A stretch of DNA of 64,000 nucleotides from positions 6,018 through 70,017 of the forward strand of contig CAVSBU010000012.1 in assembly GCA_963726215.1 (NCBI GenBank), given 5' to 3'. Position numbers and translations under genes: made by a program. Source of the DNA: an uncultured Chloroflexia bacterium. Its GTDB lineage: Bacteria > Chloroflexota > Dehalococcoidia > GIF9 > UBA5629. The notes under the pieces are model-generated. The model saw only the letters and a list, made by a program, of their open reading frames with translations. It had not been told where the DNA came from and did not search any database. Below, piece by piece: positions 20,745 to 30,277 of the stretch (position 1 is the first letter of the stretch; each line of letters starts with the position of its first letter).

Positions 20745-20761
20745 CCTGTCTAACCTGCTCT

Positions 20762-20826
20762 GTCACCCTGAGCAAAGCGAAGGGTCTCCGAGATTCTTCG
20801 GTCGCTCTGCTTCACTCAGAATGGCA
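20762..20826. repeat. hairpin-type copy of the dispersed repeat family
   Basis: GTCACCCTGAGCAAAGCGAAGGGTCTC is followed by the inverted GATTCTTCGGTCGCTCTGCTTCACTCAGAATGGCA. The hisS stop codon (20812-20814) lies inside it. Confidence 0.6.
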
Positions 20827-22109
20827 ACTAAAGCCTGGCAACTCACTCCTAATGCAACTTCTTTTAAGCAACTCTCCAAGCGCCGCTGGTGACACAGTCT
20901 TCTGCTCCCCGGTTACCATATTCCGCAGAGTCACCGTGCCGCTTTTCACCTCATCCTCGCCGATAATCGCCGCGTAATTGCTGCCCAGGCTGTTAGCCTG
21001 TCTTAACTGACCCTTCAGACTTCTATCGCCGGTAGCCATTATCGCGGCGATGCCATCCTTACGCAGAGTAGAGGCCAGTTTCATTGCTTCCAGCTTGGCT
21101 TCATTTCCAAGATGGGCAATAAAGACCGGCGGCGCCGTCAAGTCCGGCACAGCGATTTTTTGCTTCTTCAAATTAAGTACAACCCGTTCCATACCAGCAG
21201 CAAAGCCGATAGCCGGCGTAGGCTTGCCGCCCAGTTCCTGGATAAGGTCATCGTACCGTCCACCACCGCCTAAAGCGCTTTGAGCGCCTTCTCCCGGAGG
21301 TTGAATCTCAAAAACCGTCTTGGTGTAATAATCCAGACCACGCACCAGCCTGTGGTTCAGTTCGAAGGGAAGCTTCAAAGCTTCCAGGTATCCCACAACA
21401 GCTTCAAAATGCGCCAGGCACTCCCGGCAGAGAAAATCAATGCTCTTCGGTGCTGCTTCCGCGACAACATTGCAAGAAGCTTTCTTGCAATCGAGCAAAC
21501 GCAGCGGATTCTTCTCAAACCTGGACTTACAATCCGGACACAAGCCCGACAGCTGGTCGGAATAATAGCTCTTCAAGCTCTCCAGATATCGAGGTCGGCA
21601 TGCCTTACACCCGATGCTATTAAGGTACAGGTAAAGACCGCTAATACTCAATGACTCAAAAAACCGCCACGCCATCTCGACAACCTCAGCATCCAGAGCC
21701 GGGTCAGCATCGCCTATAGCCTCAAAGCCAAACTGGTAATGCTGCCGGTAGCGACCCGACTGCGGCCGCTCATACCTGAAGATGGCAGCCAGGTAATAAA
21801 GCTTCACCGGTTGAGGCAAATTGTCCATGCCATGTTCAAGATAAGCCCGGCACACCGGTGCCGTTCCCTCAGGTCGGAGCGCCAGGATATTGTCGCTCCT
21901 GTCCTTAAAAGTATACATCTCCTTGGTAACGATATCGGTGCCTTCGCCTATACTCCGGGTAAAGAGCTGAGAGTCCTCAAAAGCTGGCGTATCGAGGCGC
22001 TGGTATCCGTAAAGCCGGCACAGAGCTAACTGCCCTGTGCTTCAGCAAATCTCCAGTAGCCCTGCTCTTCGGGTAAAATATCGGCGGTACCTCGAGGCGC
22101 TTTATACAA
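20812..22109 (-). CDS. hisS: histidyl-tRNA synthetase (frame interrupted near the N-terminus)
   Basis: ORF 20812-21918 carries MYTFKDRSDNILALRPEGTAPVCRAY. The upstream frames give LYKAPRGTADILPEEQGYWRFAEAQ and LALCRLYGYQRLDTPAFEDSQLFTRSIGEGTDIVTKE, joined at a GGG run. Confidence 0.9.
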
Positions 22110-22280
22110 GAAAGGTCTTCCTCCTTCAGAAGCTACATTATAACAGATAGCTTCATCAAAGACATGCCTAATATGTATACGAACTTAAATGGGAAACAGG
22201 CTTTCACTAGGTGTAATCTGCCCACAGATGACCCGCTTAGCGGTCATTCGACGACTAGCAAGACGTATCCTATAATACTT

Positions 22281-23084
22281 TTACCTGCCCTTAAAGACAG
22301 GCTCTCTCTTTTCTACAAAGGCTCTGGAGCCTTCGATATGGTCCTCAGTTTCGCTGCAGAAAGTAAAGGCCAGAGAGTGATATCTCATGAACTCTTCCAT
22401 GGGCAAACTGAGACCCCGGCGAATACCTTCCATAGCCAGTTTAACCGCTATCGGAGGTTTTTTGGCTATCTTATCAGCCAGCTCCATTGTTGCCGGCATC
22501 AGTTCTTCATGCGGAACCACTTTATTCACCAGACCTATGCGTTCTGCCTCTTTAGCATCTATGATATCAGTGGTTAATACCAGCTCATAAGTCTTGGCCA
22601 GGCCAACCAGCCTGGGCAGCAAGACAAGCGATTCATCCGGTACCAGCCCGACTCTTAAAAATACCTCGCCGAATCTGGCTTTTTCAGATGCAATCCTCAT
22701 ATTGCACATCAGCGCCAGGTCGCACCCATAACCGACAGCCGCTCCATTTACCGCGGCAATTGACGGCTTATTTATATCGAGCAATATATGTCCGCCTCCG
22801 CGCAAGTGCTCCCCCTGTAAATGTCTCAGCCTTATCTCCCTACCCTTGGCTATTTTCTCTTCGGGATTTAAGAAAACCTGTTTGACATCGTCCCCGGAGC
22901 AGAAGCCTTTACCTGCACCTGTTAACACGATGACTCTTATATTGTCGTCTTTGTTCGCTTGCTCTATTGCCTGATACAGCTCCTCATGTGTTGTCATGGT
23001 CAAGGCATTCATAGCTGCCGGCCTGTTCAAGGTAATAATAGCTACCTTCCCTGCGGTCTCATAAATAATTTCTTTGTATTCCAT
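22281..23084 (-). CDS. enoyl-CoA hydratase/isomerase (crotonase) family protein
   Basis: 267-aa intact ORF with VAIITLNRPAAMNAL...GAGKGFCSGDD...AAVNGAAVGYGCDLAL. Confidence 0.85.
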   Translation of the reverse strand: MEYKEIIYETAGKVAIITLNRPAAMNALTMTTHEELYQAIEQANKDDNIRVIVLTGAGKGFCSGDDVKQVFLNPEEKIAKGREIRLRHLQGEHLRGGGHILLDINKPSIAAVNGAAVGYGCDLALMCNMRIASEKARFGEVFLRVGLVPDESLVLLPRLVGLAKTYELVLTTDIIDAKEAERIGLVNKVVPHEELMPATMELADKIAKKPPIAVKLAMEGIRRGLSLPMEEFMRYHSLAFTFCSETEDHIEGSRAFVEKREPVFKGR

Positions 23085-23151
23085 GGCTCTCCCTCCACTT
23101 ATATTATTGGCTTATTTCCGACCAATGACCTGTATTTTGTTTAATCGTACG

Positions 23152-23949
23152 CTACTTGCCTTTCCAGCGCGGCTCTCTTTTCTCAAAGAACGAGGTGATG
23201 CCTTCCTGGAAATCCTCGGTTTTGCAGCTAAGCTGGAAGGCATAACGTGTTGCCTCCCAATGCGCTTCCATGGTACGCTCCAGACCCATGTACATGAGCT
23301 GCTTCGCCATTTGCACTGCCAGAGGTGCGCCACGCATCATCTTTTTCGCCATTGCCATGGCGGCTGTCATTAGCTGGTCATCGGGAACAACCTGGCTGAC
23401 CAGGCCAATTCTCAGCATCTCCTGTGCATCGATAATTTCCCCGGAAAACACAAGTTCGCAAGCCTTGGAAAGGCCTACTATTCTCGGCAGCAGATAAGTA
23501 CCGGCGCCGGTATCCGGGACCATGCCTCTCAACACAAACACCTGCCCGAACCTGGCGCTTTCGGCGGCAATTCTGATATCGCAATGAAGAGCAAATTCGG
23601 AGGCGATACCTACTGCGGCACCATTAATAGCGCATATTGTAGGTTTCGGTATGCTATTGAAATACCACAGTGACTGGCGGTATTCAGTGGAATTCTTTTG
23701 CTTCATAACCTGAATCTCTATTTCTGACATTATTGGGACATCGCCTGAGATATCTGTACCAGCCGAGAACGCCCTACCCTTTCCTGTCAGAATCACAACC
23801 CTTACTTCATCATCTTTCTTAACCTCTTCTATAAGCTCTCCCAACCTCCTCAGCATAGCGTGTGTTATGGCGTTTAGTTTTTCAGGTCGGTTCAAGGTAA
23901 TAATTCCGACGCCATCTTTCTTTTCATACAGTACGTGCTCTTCAGACAT
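23152..23949 (-). CDS. enoyl-CoA hydratase/isomerase (crotonase) family protein
   Basis: 265-aa intact ORF with VGIITLNRPEKLNAI...GKGRAFSAGTD...CAINGAAVGIASEFAL. Confidence 0.85.
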   Translation of the reverse strand: MSEEHVLYEKKDGVGIITLNRPEKLNAITHAMLRRLGELIEEVKKDDEVRVVILTGKGRAFSAGTDISGDVPIMSEIEIQVMKQKNSTEYRQSLWYFNSIPKPTICAINGAAVGIASEFALHCDIRIAAESARFGQVFVLRGMVPDTGAGTYLLPRIVGLSKACELVFSGEIIDAQEMLRIGLVSQVVPDDQLMTAAMAMAKKMMRGAPLAVQMAKQLMYMGLERTMEAHWEATRYAFQLSCKTEDFQEGITSFFEKREPRWKGK

Positions 23950-24394
23950 GTTAACCTCCTGTAAAATAAATGTTGTGAGTTATGATACGGCTACACAATT
24001 GTAACACAAAAGGGGGTGCTCCAAATTCATGTAGCCGCGAGGCAAAAGCTTCGAGGTGACGACTCTAAAAGGTTGTAGCTATAATTTCTCGTCAGTTAAA
24101 GCGGAAATCGGCAACGACGGCGCTGTGGTCGGAAGCTTCCGTCCGCCGTCCGGTTAAGGTGTCGTAGTGCGGCCTTTTTTTAAGAATACATGCCCCGCCG
24201 CTCGATCAATGCGCTGCCTGATATTATTTTCCAAACAAGGTTTCTAACACCATTTTTGAGGCAATTGTCGTATTGACCGGGCATGAACAAAGGAGTAGGA
24301 TACATTATACGGCTCCAGTCTAAGATGAGATTTTACAGCATTTTTACCAGATAGGCAGGGAGGAAACTATTGAGAATCAGAAGGGGGGATTGAG

Positions 24395-24901
24395 ATGGTT
24401 ACTGTAGAGGTTTTAAAGGGGTTTGAGCTCTTTAAGGGGCTGGCTGAAGATAGCCTGGCCACAATCGCTGAACTATGTCATCCGTATGCCATGCATGAAG
24501 GCGACCGTATTTTTGCGGAGGCGACCAAGGCCAGAGACGTACATCTTTGCCGTAGCGGCAAGGTTGATATCTTGATTTGGGTTGGGCAGCCGTGGAACAG
24601 GAACATCGCAGTTCACCGAGCCGGGCCGGGAGAAGTATTCGGCTGGTCTGCCCTGGTAGCACCTTACATCTATACTGCGTCTGCCGAGTGCGTGGAATCC
24701 GGAGAGGAAATTCGCCTTAAGGGCTCCGAATTGTTGACTGTGTTTGGTCAGAATCCTCTTATGGGATACACAATCATGGAGAATCTCAGTGCCAACATCA
24801 GTCTCAGGTTAACACAGACGAGGCAAAGATTAGTCGCCGAATGGATGGGTTCGGCGTGGCCTGCGAATTCCAGTGCCTGGGGCGAACCCGGTAAAAGGTA
24901 G
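24395..24901 (+). CDS. stand-alone cyclic-nucleotide-binding domain protein
   Basis: 168-aa ORF with FELFKGLAEDSLATIAEL...GDRIFAEATKARDVHLCRSGKVDI...GPGEVFGWSAL, the cNMP-binding fold pattern. Confidence 0.75.
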   Translation: MVTVEVLKGFELFKGLAEDSLATIAELCHPYAMHEGDRIFAEATKARDVHLCRSGKVDILIWVGQPWNRNIAVHRAGPGEVFGWSALVAPYIYTASAECVESGEEIRLKGSELLTVFGQNPLMGYTIMENLSANISLRLTQTRQRLVAEWMGSAWPANSSAWGEPGKR

Positions 24902-24953
24902 CCCGGATAAAACCAATTGCCCCTCTCTTATTTAACACACTCTGACGAAGTGC

Positions 24954-25283
24954 TTAACGCTCTCTAACCTCGTCGTCTATCCACTTGAGGTAATCTTCAT
25001 TGCCGCCGATGATAGGCAGGGCAATTATCTCAGGGACTTCGTAGCTGTGCGCCGCTTTGACCAGGTCAACGATTTCGGATAGCAGCGAGGCTTTGGTCTT
25101 GATGATGAGGAGACTTTCCTGGGCTGAATCGAGCTTGCCCTGCCACCAGAATGACGAGTCTACCTTTGGAACGATGTTTACGCAGGCGGCTTTTCTCCGG
25201 CTTAGCAGCAGTTCAGCTATTTTGTGTGCTTCCGGCTCAGAGCTGGTGGTAACGAAGATGACAATCTTGCCAGTCTCTTTCAT
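24954..25283 (-). CDS. cutA: divalent-cation tolerance protein CutA
   Basis: 109-aa ORF with AACVNIVPKVDSSFWWQGKLDSAQESLLIIKT...YEVPEIIALPI. Confidence 0.85.
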   Translation of the reverse strand: MKETGKIVIFVTTSSEPEAHKIAELLLSRRKAACVNIVPKVDSSFWWQGKLDSAQESLLIIKTKASLLSEIVDLVKAAHSYEVPEIIALPIIGGNEDYLKWIDDEVRER

Positions 25284-26200
25284 GCGCTCCTGCCCACTGC
25301 CAGCATCCTGTCCACGGCGGCTTTTGCCTTAAGGCGAATCTTCTCCGGTACTTTGACCTCCGGCGCCATCTCCTCCAGAGACCACAATACTTTCTCCAGG
25401 GTTATCAGCTTCATATTGGGACATATCGCCTGCTCCGAAACTGGTATAAATTTTTTCCCCGGATTCTCCTTTTTTAGCCTGTAAATAATGCCCATCTCCG
25501 TTCCCACAATCATCTCCTGAACATCTTCCCTTCTGGCAAACCTTATCATCCCGCTGGTGCTCAATACCTCGTCGGCCAGGGCTATCACATCCGGCCTGCA
25601 TTCCGGGTGAACTACAACTTTAGCCTCAGGGTACTCATGTCTGAGTTTAACGATATATTCAGGCATTATCCGGGCATGGGTGGGACAGAAGCCAGGCCAG
25701 AGAATCATCTTTTTACCGGTTTTTGTGGAGATATAGTGCCCCAGGTACTGGTCAGGGACGAAAATTATTTCATTTGCGTCCAGGCTTTCCACGACGCCAA
25801 CCGCATTAGCCGAAGTACAGCAAATATATGATTCAGCCTTAACCGCCGCCGAGGAATTTATATAGCAGACCACTGTAGCCTTGGGATGCTCCTTTTTCCT
25901 GGCACGCAGCTGCGGAGCAGTTATCATATTGGCCATGGGACAGCCGGCATGTTCGTCCGGCAGCAAGACTGTCTTATCCGGACAGAGAATTGAGGCTGTT
26001 TCCGCCATGAAATGAACGCCGCAGAAAACTATGACGCTGGCATCAGTCTTAGCCGCATTCTGGCTGAGGTCGAGAGAATCACCGACGAAATCAGCTATGT
26101 CTTGAATCTCACCCAATTGATAGTTATGGGCAAGTATAACGGCATTTCGCTTTTTCTTTAACTTCAGAATTTTCTCGGTTAGCTCGGGCTGTCTATCCAT
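25280..26200 (-). CDS. nadA: quinolinate synthase
   Basis: 306-aa intact ORF with VILAHNYQLGEIQDIADFVGDSL...VFCGVHFMAETA...HPEC. Confidence 0.9.
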   Translation of the reverse strand: MDRQPELTEKILKLKKKRNAVILAHNYQLGEIQDIADFVGDSLDLSQNAAKTDASVIVFCGVHFMAETASILCPDKTVLLPDEHAGCPMANMITAPQLRARKKEHPKATVVCYINSSAAVKAESYICCTSANAVGVVESLDANEIIFVPDQYLGHYISTKTGKKMILWPGFCPTHARIMPEYIVKLRHEYPEAKVVVHPECRPDVIALADEVLSTSGMIRFARREDVQEMIVGTEMGIIYRLKKENPGKKFIPVSEQAICPNMKLITLEKVLWSLEEMAPEVKVPEKIRLKAKAAVDRMLAVGRSA

Positions 26201-26985
26201 GGCTAACTACCCTCCAATCGTTAGCGTAAACATTCATCCTCTTTCCTCTGACAAAACCGATAAGCGTGATGCCCAGTGTCACCGGCTAATTTGACTCCCA
26301 TGTCAGTAGGCGCTGATTTGGAGACGAGCAGAGGAATATTTCTTTTAGCCGCTTTAAGCAATATCTCCGAAGAAACCCTCCCGCTGGTGATAATAACGCG
26401 GCCATCCGTCGGTATACCTTTCAAAATGCATTCGCCAAAAATCTTGTCAATGGCATTATGACGGCCTATGTCCTCGCTGAAAACCAGAATGTTTTTTGTA
26501 TCACATAATGCAGCGCTGTGAACACCACCGGTTGTCCTGAAAATCTGCGACCGATGCTGAAACTCCCTTACCAGTTCGAAGACTTCAACAGCCGATATGT
26601 TAGTTTTAGATTCTACCTTTATCTGGCCAACGACATCAGCGGCGCTGTAGAAAGAAGCACCCCGACCGCAGCCTGAGGTAATCAGCCGCTTGAACACCAG
26701 CTCGCCAGCTTGTTTATTCTCCTTCTCGGTTTCCACACGGACGACGCCTCTCTGCTCATCAACCGTTATCTTTTTTATTTCATCCTTGCTTTTCAGCAGC
26801 CCTTCCGAGGAAAGGAAGCCAATAGCCAGATAATCCAGATGCGTGGGAGTACAAAGCAAAGTCACCAGCTCTTGATTGTTCAGGATGATAGTCAGAGGAA
26901 ATTCCCGGACAACTATGTCATCAGCGCGGCTTTTCGCTTCCTCGGTAAGTCGCAATATGGGAACCCGCTCTACCTCGCCCACCAT
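26193..26985 (-). CDS. fdhD: formate dehydrogenase accessory sulfurtransferase FdhD (frame interrupted near the C-terminus)
   Basis: ORF 26221-26985 carries TSGCGRG...TGGVHSAAL...GRHNAIDK. The alternate frame after a GGG run restores GITLIGFVRGKRMNVYA. Confidence 0.85.
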
Positions 26986-26986
26986 C

Positions 26987-27421
26987 TTACGCTACCTTTA
27001 TCTGGTCTCCAGCCCTGACAGGTCCGCCTTGAATCACCCTGGCAAACACGCCCTCTTCGGGCATAATGCACTTGCCCACCTGCCGGTAAATGGCACACCT
27101 GGCATGGCACTCCTTGCCGATTTGAGTGATTTCAAGGACAATTTGCTTACCGACCGCTATCCTGGTGCCGACAGGAAGAGATATTAAGTCTATCTCCTCG
27201 GTGGTCAAATTTTCAGCGAAGTCACCCGGGTTGACGTCCAGCCCCAGAGCCCGCATCTTATCGATGCTTTCCACGGCCAGCAAGCTCACCTGGCGGTGCG
27301 TGCAGCAATCGGCATGAGCATCGCCGACAAGGCCAAACTCAGCCTTCAGAAGCCCTTCTTTTACGTCTTGCTTCTTTGTTCCCTTTTTTTCGCTTTTGCA
27401 GACGGCGATTATTCTGGCCAT
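26987..27421 (-). CDS. MOSC-domain protein
   Basis: 144-aa ORF with GLVGDAHA...HRQVSLLAVESI...GDFAENLTT...C.RC.IY, typical of small MOSC proteins. Confidence 0.8.
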   Translation of the reverse strand: MARIIAVCKSEKKGTKKQDVKEGLLKAEFGLVGDAHADCCTHRQVSLLAVESIDKMRALGLDVNPGDFAENLTTEEIDLISLPVGTRIAVGKQIVLEITQIGKECHARCAIYRQVGKCIMPEEGVFARVIQGGPVRAGDQIKVA

Positions 27422-27461
27422 GCGTATATGACAATTGCAGCTCTGGCTGTGATTTTTTATC

Positions 27462-27617
27462 TTATAGCTCTTTATTTAGTATCTTTGCCTTGAGGGTCTC
27501 CCACTGTTCCCTGGTGAGGACACACAGATTACCCTTTTCGCCTATTTCCACTTTGGTGTCGGTTACCTTGACCACCGGGCAGCAAGAGCCATCTTTGCAC
27601 AACGTTACGATTTTCAT
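27462..27617 (-). CDS. 51-aa Cys-containing small protein (below the ORF-track length cutoff)
   Basis: GGAGGA lies 5 nt before the ATG (complement 27615-27617). It reads MKIVTLCKDGSCCPVVKVTDTKVEIGEKGNLCVLTREQWETLKAKILNKEL and ends at TAA. Confidence 0.5.
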   Translation of the reverse strand: MKIVTLCKDGSCCPVVKVTDTKVEIGEKGNLCVLTREQWETLKAKILNKEL

Positions 27618-27709
27618 GTTTCCTCCGTTTAGAATTACGTTACTTGTACCCGAAGCGCGGGTGTTAATGTATTAATTATAGTCTTCTTTAGTTAGTTGGT
27701 CGAATGAAT

Positions 27710-28766
27710 CTAGAATTTGCTGCTGTACTTCTCAAGAGCCTCGTAGAAAGCTCGCCAGAACGGGTCAACTATAGGATGCTCAAGCTTCTCCTCCCTGCCG
27801 CTCTCGTACCAGCACCATTCCCAGTCTCGGCTCGGTGAACTCACCGACAATAGAAGCTTTAATACCTTTCTTATGCAGCGCCTTTAATATGTCCTGGGCT
27901 TTGTGTTCCCGGCAGGACATGATTAGAGTGCCTTCGCTGATGGAAGCATACGGGTCAATGCCAAAATACCGGCATATATCCGGCACACAATCCTCAACCA
28001 CTATACTTTCCATTTCGACCCTAACCCCCAGATTGGCAGCCTGTGCAATTTCGTACAGTCCGCCCCATATACCGCATTCAGTGGCATCATGCATGGCAGT
28101 AACGCCATTGTCTCTTACCCCAAGGCTTACGGCGGTCATGGCATCATCCACCACCGACATCTTGTAGAAAATCTGCTGAGCTTTTTTGTTGAAATCCTTT
28201 CCGAACTCACGCTCAATCAGTTCGGGAAACATGGTAGCGAAAATGCCTGTCGCCTCAATAGCCGGCCCCTTGGTAATGATTATCTTGTCTCCAGCACAGG
28301 CCAGCCTGGGAGTGACATATTCATCCTTACTGCCGATGCCAACCATGGTGGCGCCACCGACCATAGGATAATGGCAGTTCTCATACCTGCCCGTATGTCC
28401 GGTGATAATAGAAATGCCCAGCTTCACACACTCCCGATGCATAGTTTTCCACATTATTTCCAATTGTTCACCCGTCATCTCCATGGGAAGATTCAAATCA
28501 ATGGCCAGCAAGCTGGGCTTCAGTCCACTGGTTACCGAATCGGAAGCAATGATGTGAATAGCAAACCAGGCCGCCCTCTCCCATCCGTATTCGGGCACAA
28601 TAAATACAGGGTCACAGGTAAAAGAAACCGCCTTGTCTCCGATTTCCACAATGCCAACATCCACTCCGTTCTGAGGACCTACCAGAACCTTATCGTTCCT
28701 AGCTCCCAGACGTGTAGCTATAAGCTCATCAAAGAGCTTGGGCGAAATCTTTCCTATCTCCGGCAT
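27710..28766 (-). CDS. AIR-synthase-related (PurM/ThiL/HypE superfamily) protein of unknown role (frame interrupted near the C-terminus)
   Basis: ORF 27780-28781, probable start MPEIGKIS at 28766. The PurM-like pattern is VLVGPQNGVDVGIVEIGDKAVSFTCDP...IIASDSVTSG...HDATECG. The alternate frame restores EEKLEHPIVDPFWRAFYEALEKYSSKF. Confidence 0.7.
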
Positions 28767-28809
28767 TGCGCTCACTGACACATATTCCTGATATACAGAC
28801 TGTCAGTGG

Positions 28810-29986
28810 TTAATTTGCGGTTTTCATAAGGGGTGACATGGCTCTGAGCTTAGAAACGATTCCGGGAAGCACCTCCAGAACCTTATTTATCTCTTCTTCA
28901 GTAGTCCATTTCCCCAGGGTGAATCGCAAGGAGCTATGCGCTTGTAAATGCGGCAGCCCCATCGCCACCAGAACATGCGATGGCTCGAGGTCCGCTGAGC
29001 TGCAAGCTGAACCTGTGGAGGCACAGATTCCATCCAAATCCAAATTTAACAGAATCGATTCACCTTCCACATAATTAATGCTGACATTTACATTGTTGGG
29101 CAACCTTTTCACCGGATGACCATTCAATTGCGTATACTCGATGCCCCTGAGTATGCCTTCGATTAGCCGGTCACGGAGAGCAGTCAACTTCTGAGCTTCT
29201 TCCAGCATTTCCTGCTGGGCGATCTCAGCAGCCTTGCCAAAGCCAACAATGCCGGGCACATTCTCGGTACTGGCTCGCCTGCCTCTCTCCTGATTGCCGC
29301 CGTGCATAAAGGAGCTTATTCTGGTGCCCTTTCTAATATATAACGCACCGACGCCCTTGGGACCATAGAGCTTGTGTGCCGAAATGGAAAGGAGGTCAAC
29401 GTTCAACTTATTCACATCTAGCGGGATATGCCCTACCGTCTGTACGGCATCGGTATGGAAATAAATCTCAGCCTCTCTGGCGATATTTCCTATTTCGGCT
29501 ACAGGTTCTATGGTGCCGCATTCATTGTTGGCATGCATGATTGAGACGAGGATAGTCTTTTTTGTAATTGCCTTCTTGACATCATTGGGGTCAACCATAC
29601 CATAGCCATCCACAGGAAGATAAGTTACCGAGAACCCCTGTTTCTCCAGAAACTTACAGGTTTCCAGCACGGCATGATGTTCGATTGAGCTGGTAATGAT
29701 ATGATTCCCTTTGGCTTGTCGCGACAACGCCACACCCTTTACGGCAAAGTTGTCCGCTTCCGTCCCACTGCCGGTAAAAACAATCTCCTCACTTTTAGCA
29801 CCGATAAGAGCCGCAACTTTACTCCGCGCTCTTTCAACAGCGTCTTTGGCTTCCTGCCCATACGAATGAATGCTGGATGGATTACCGAACGACTCAGTAA
29901 AATAAGGCAACATCGCCTTCATTACTTCAGGATGTGTCGGCGTAGTAGCCGCGTAATCCAGATATATTCTTTTCATCGTGTTAGCC
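28810..29986 (-). CDS. cysteine desulfurase (NifS/IscS type)
   Basis: The sequence starts MKRIYLDYAATTP, with the PLP lysine in SAHKLYGPKG and the active-site GSACSS. Confidence 0.9.
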
Positions 29987-29990
29987 TTCA

Positions 29991-30234
29991 ACAATATCTC
30001 CGACTATGGGGTCAACTCTAACCCCCTTCTCTTTAACCCAGGCAATGCCGGCGTCGATTTCTTTGTCCTCACCCTCCAGTTCCAGCACCACCCAACCCCT
30101 GTCTTCTGATCACGTCGGCACGACGTATATTTGTCACCACTTCAAATTTATGCGATAGCTCATAAATGATAGGCTCCTTAATCAGCTTACGCGGAAAGGT
30201 GAACATCACTTGTCGCTTAGCCATCGTGCCCTCC
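29991..30234 (-). CDS. stand-alone NIL-domain protein (frame interrupted)
   Basis: GGAGGG SD then ATG (complement 30232-30234). It reads MAKRQVMFTFPRKLIKEPIIYELSHKFEVVTNIRRADV, and a shift restores SEDRGWVVLELEGEDKEIDAGIAWVKEKGVRVDPIVGDIVEG. Confidence 0.65.
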
Positions 30235-30277
30235 TATCTTCGTCTCCGATAAGATTAACCCATCAGGTGCCTTGATT

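Noticed and set aside
22110-22280. T-box leaders upstream of hisS, and likewise of lysS and serS at 58729-58774 and 60281-60295
   Set aside because: The leaders are far too short (about 170, 46 and 15 nt), and no specifier-loop or T-box sequence was seen.
24012-24181. Possible tmRNA (starts GGGGGTGC) or SRP/6S RNA
   Set aside because: It has no tRNA-like 3' end (no T-arm GGTTCGAATCC, no complementary acceptor strand, no CCA). It has no plausible ...LAA tag frame and no SRP domain IV GGAA/AGCAGC motif. I kept it only as an unclassified structured-RNA candidate.
28089-28778. 229-aa plus-strand ORF
   Set aside because: It is entirely antisense to the well-supported PurM-like gene. There is no motif and no RBS, which is typical of a shadow ORF.
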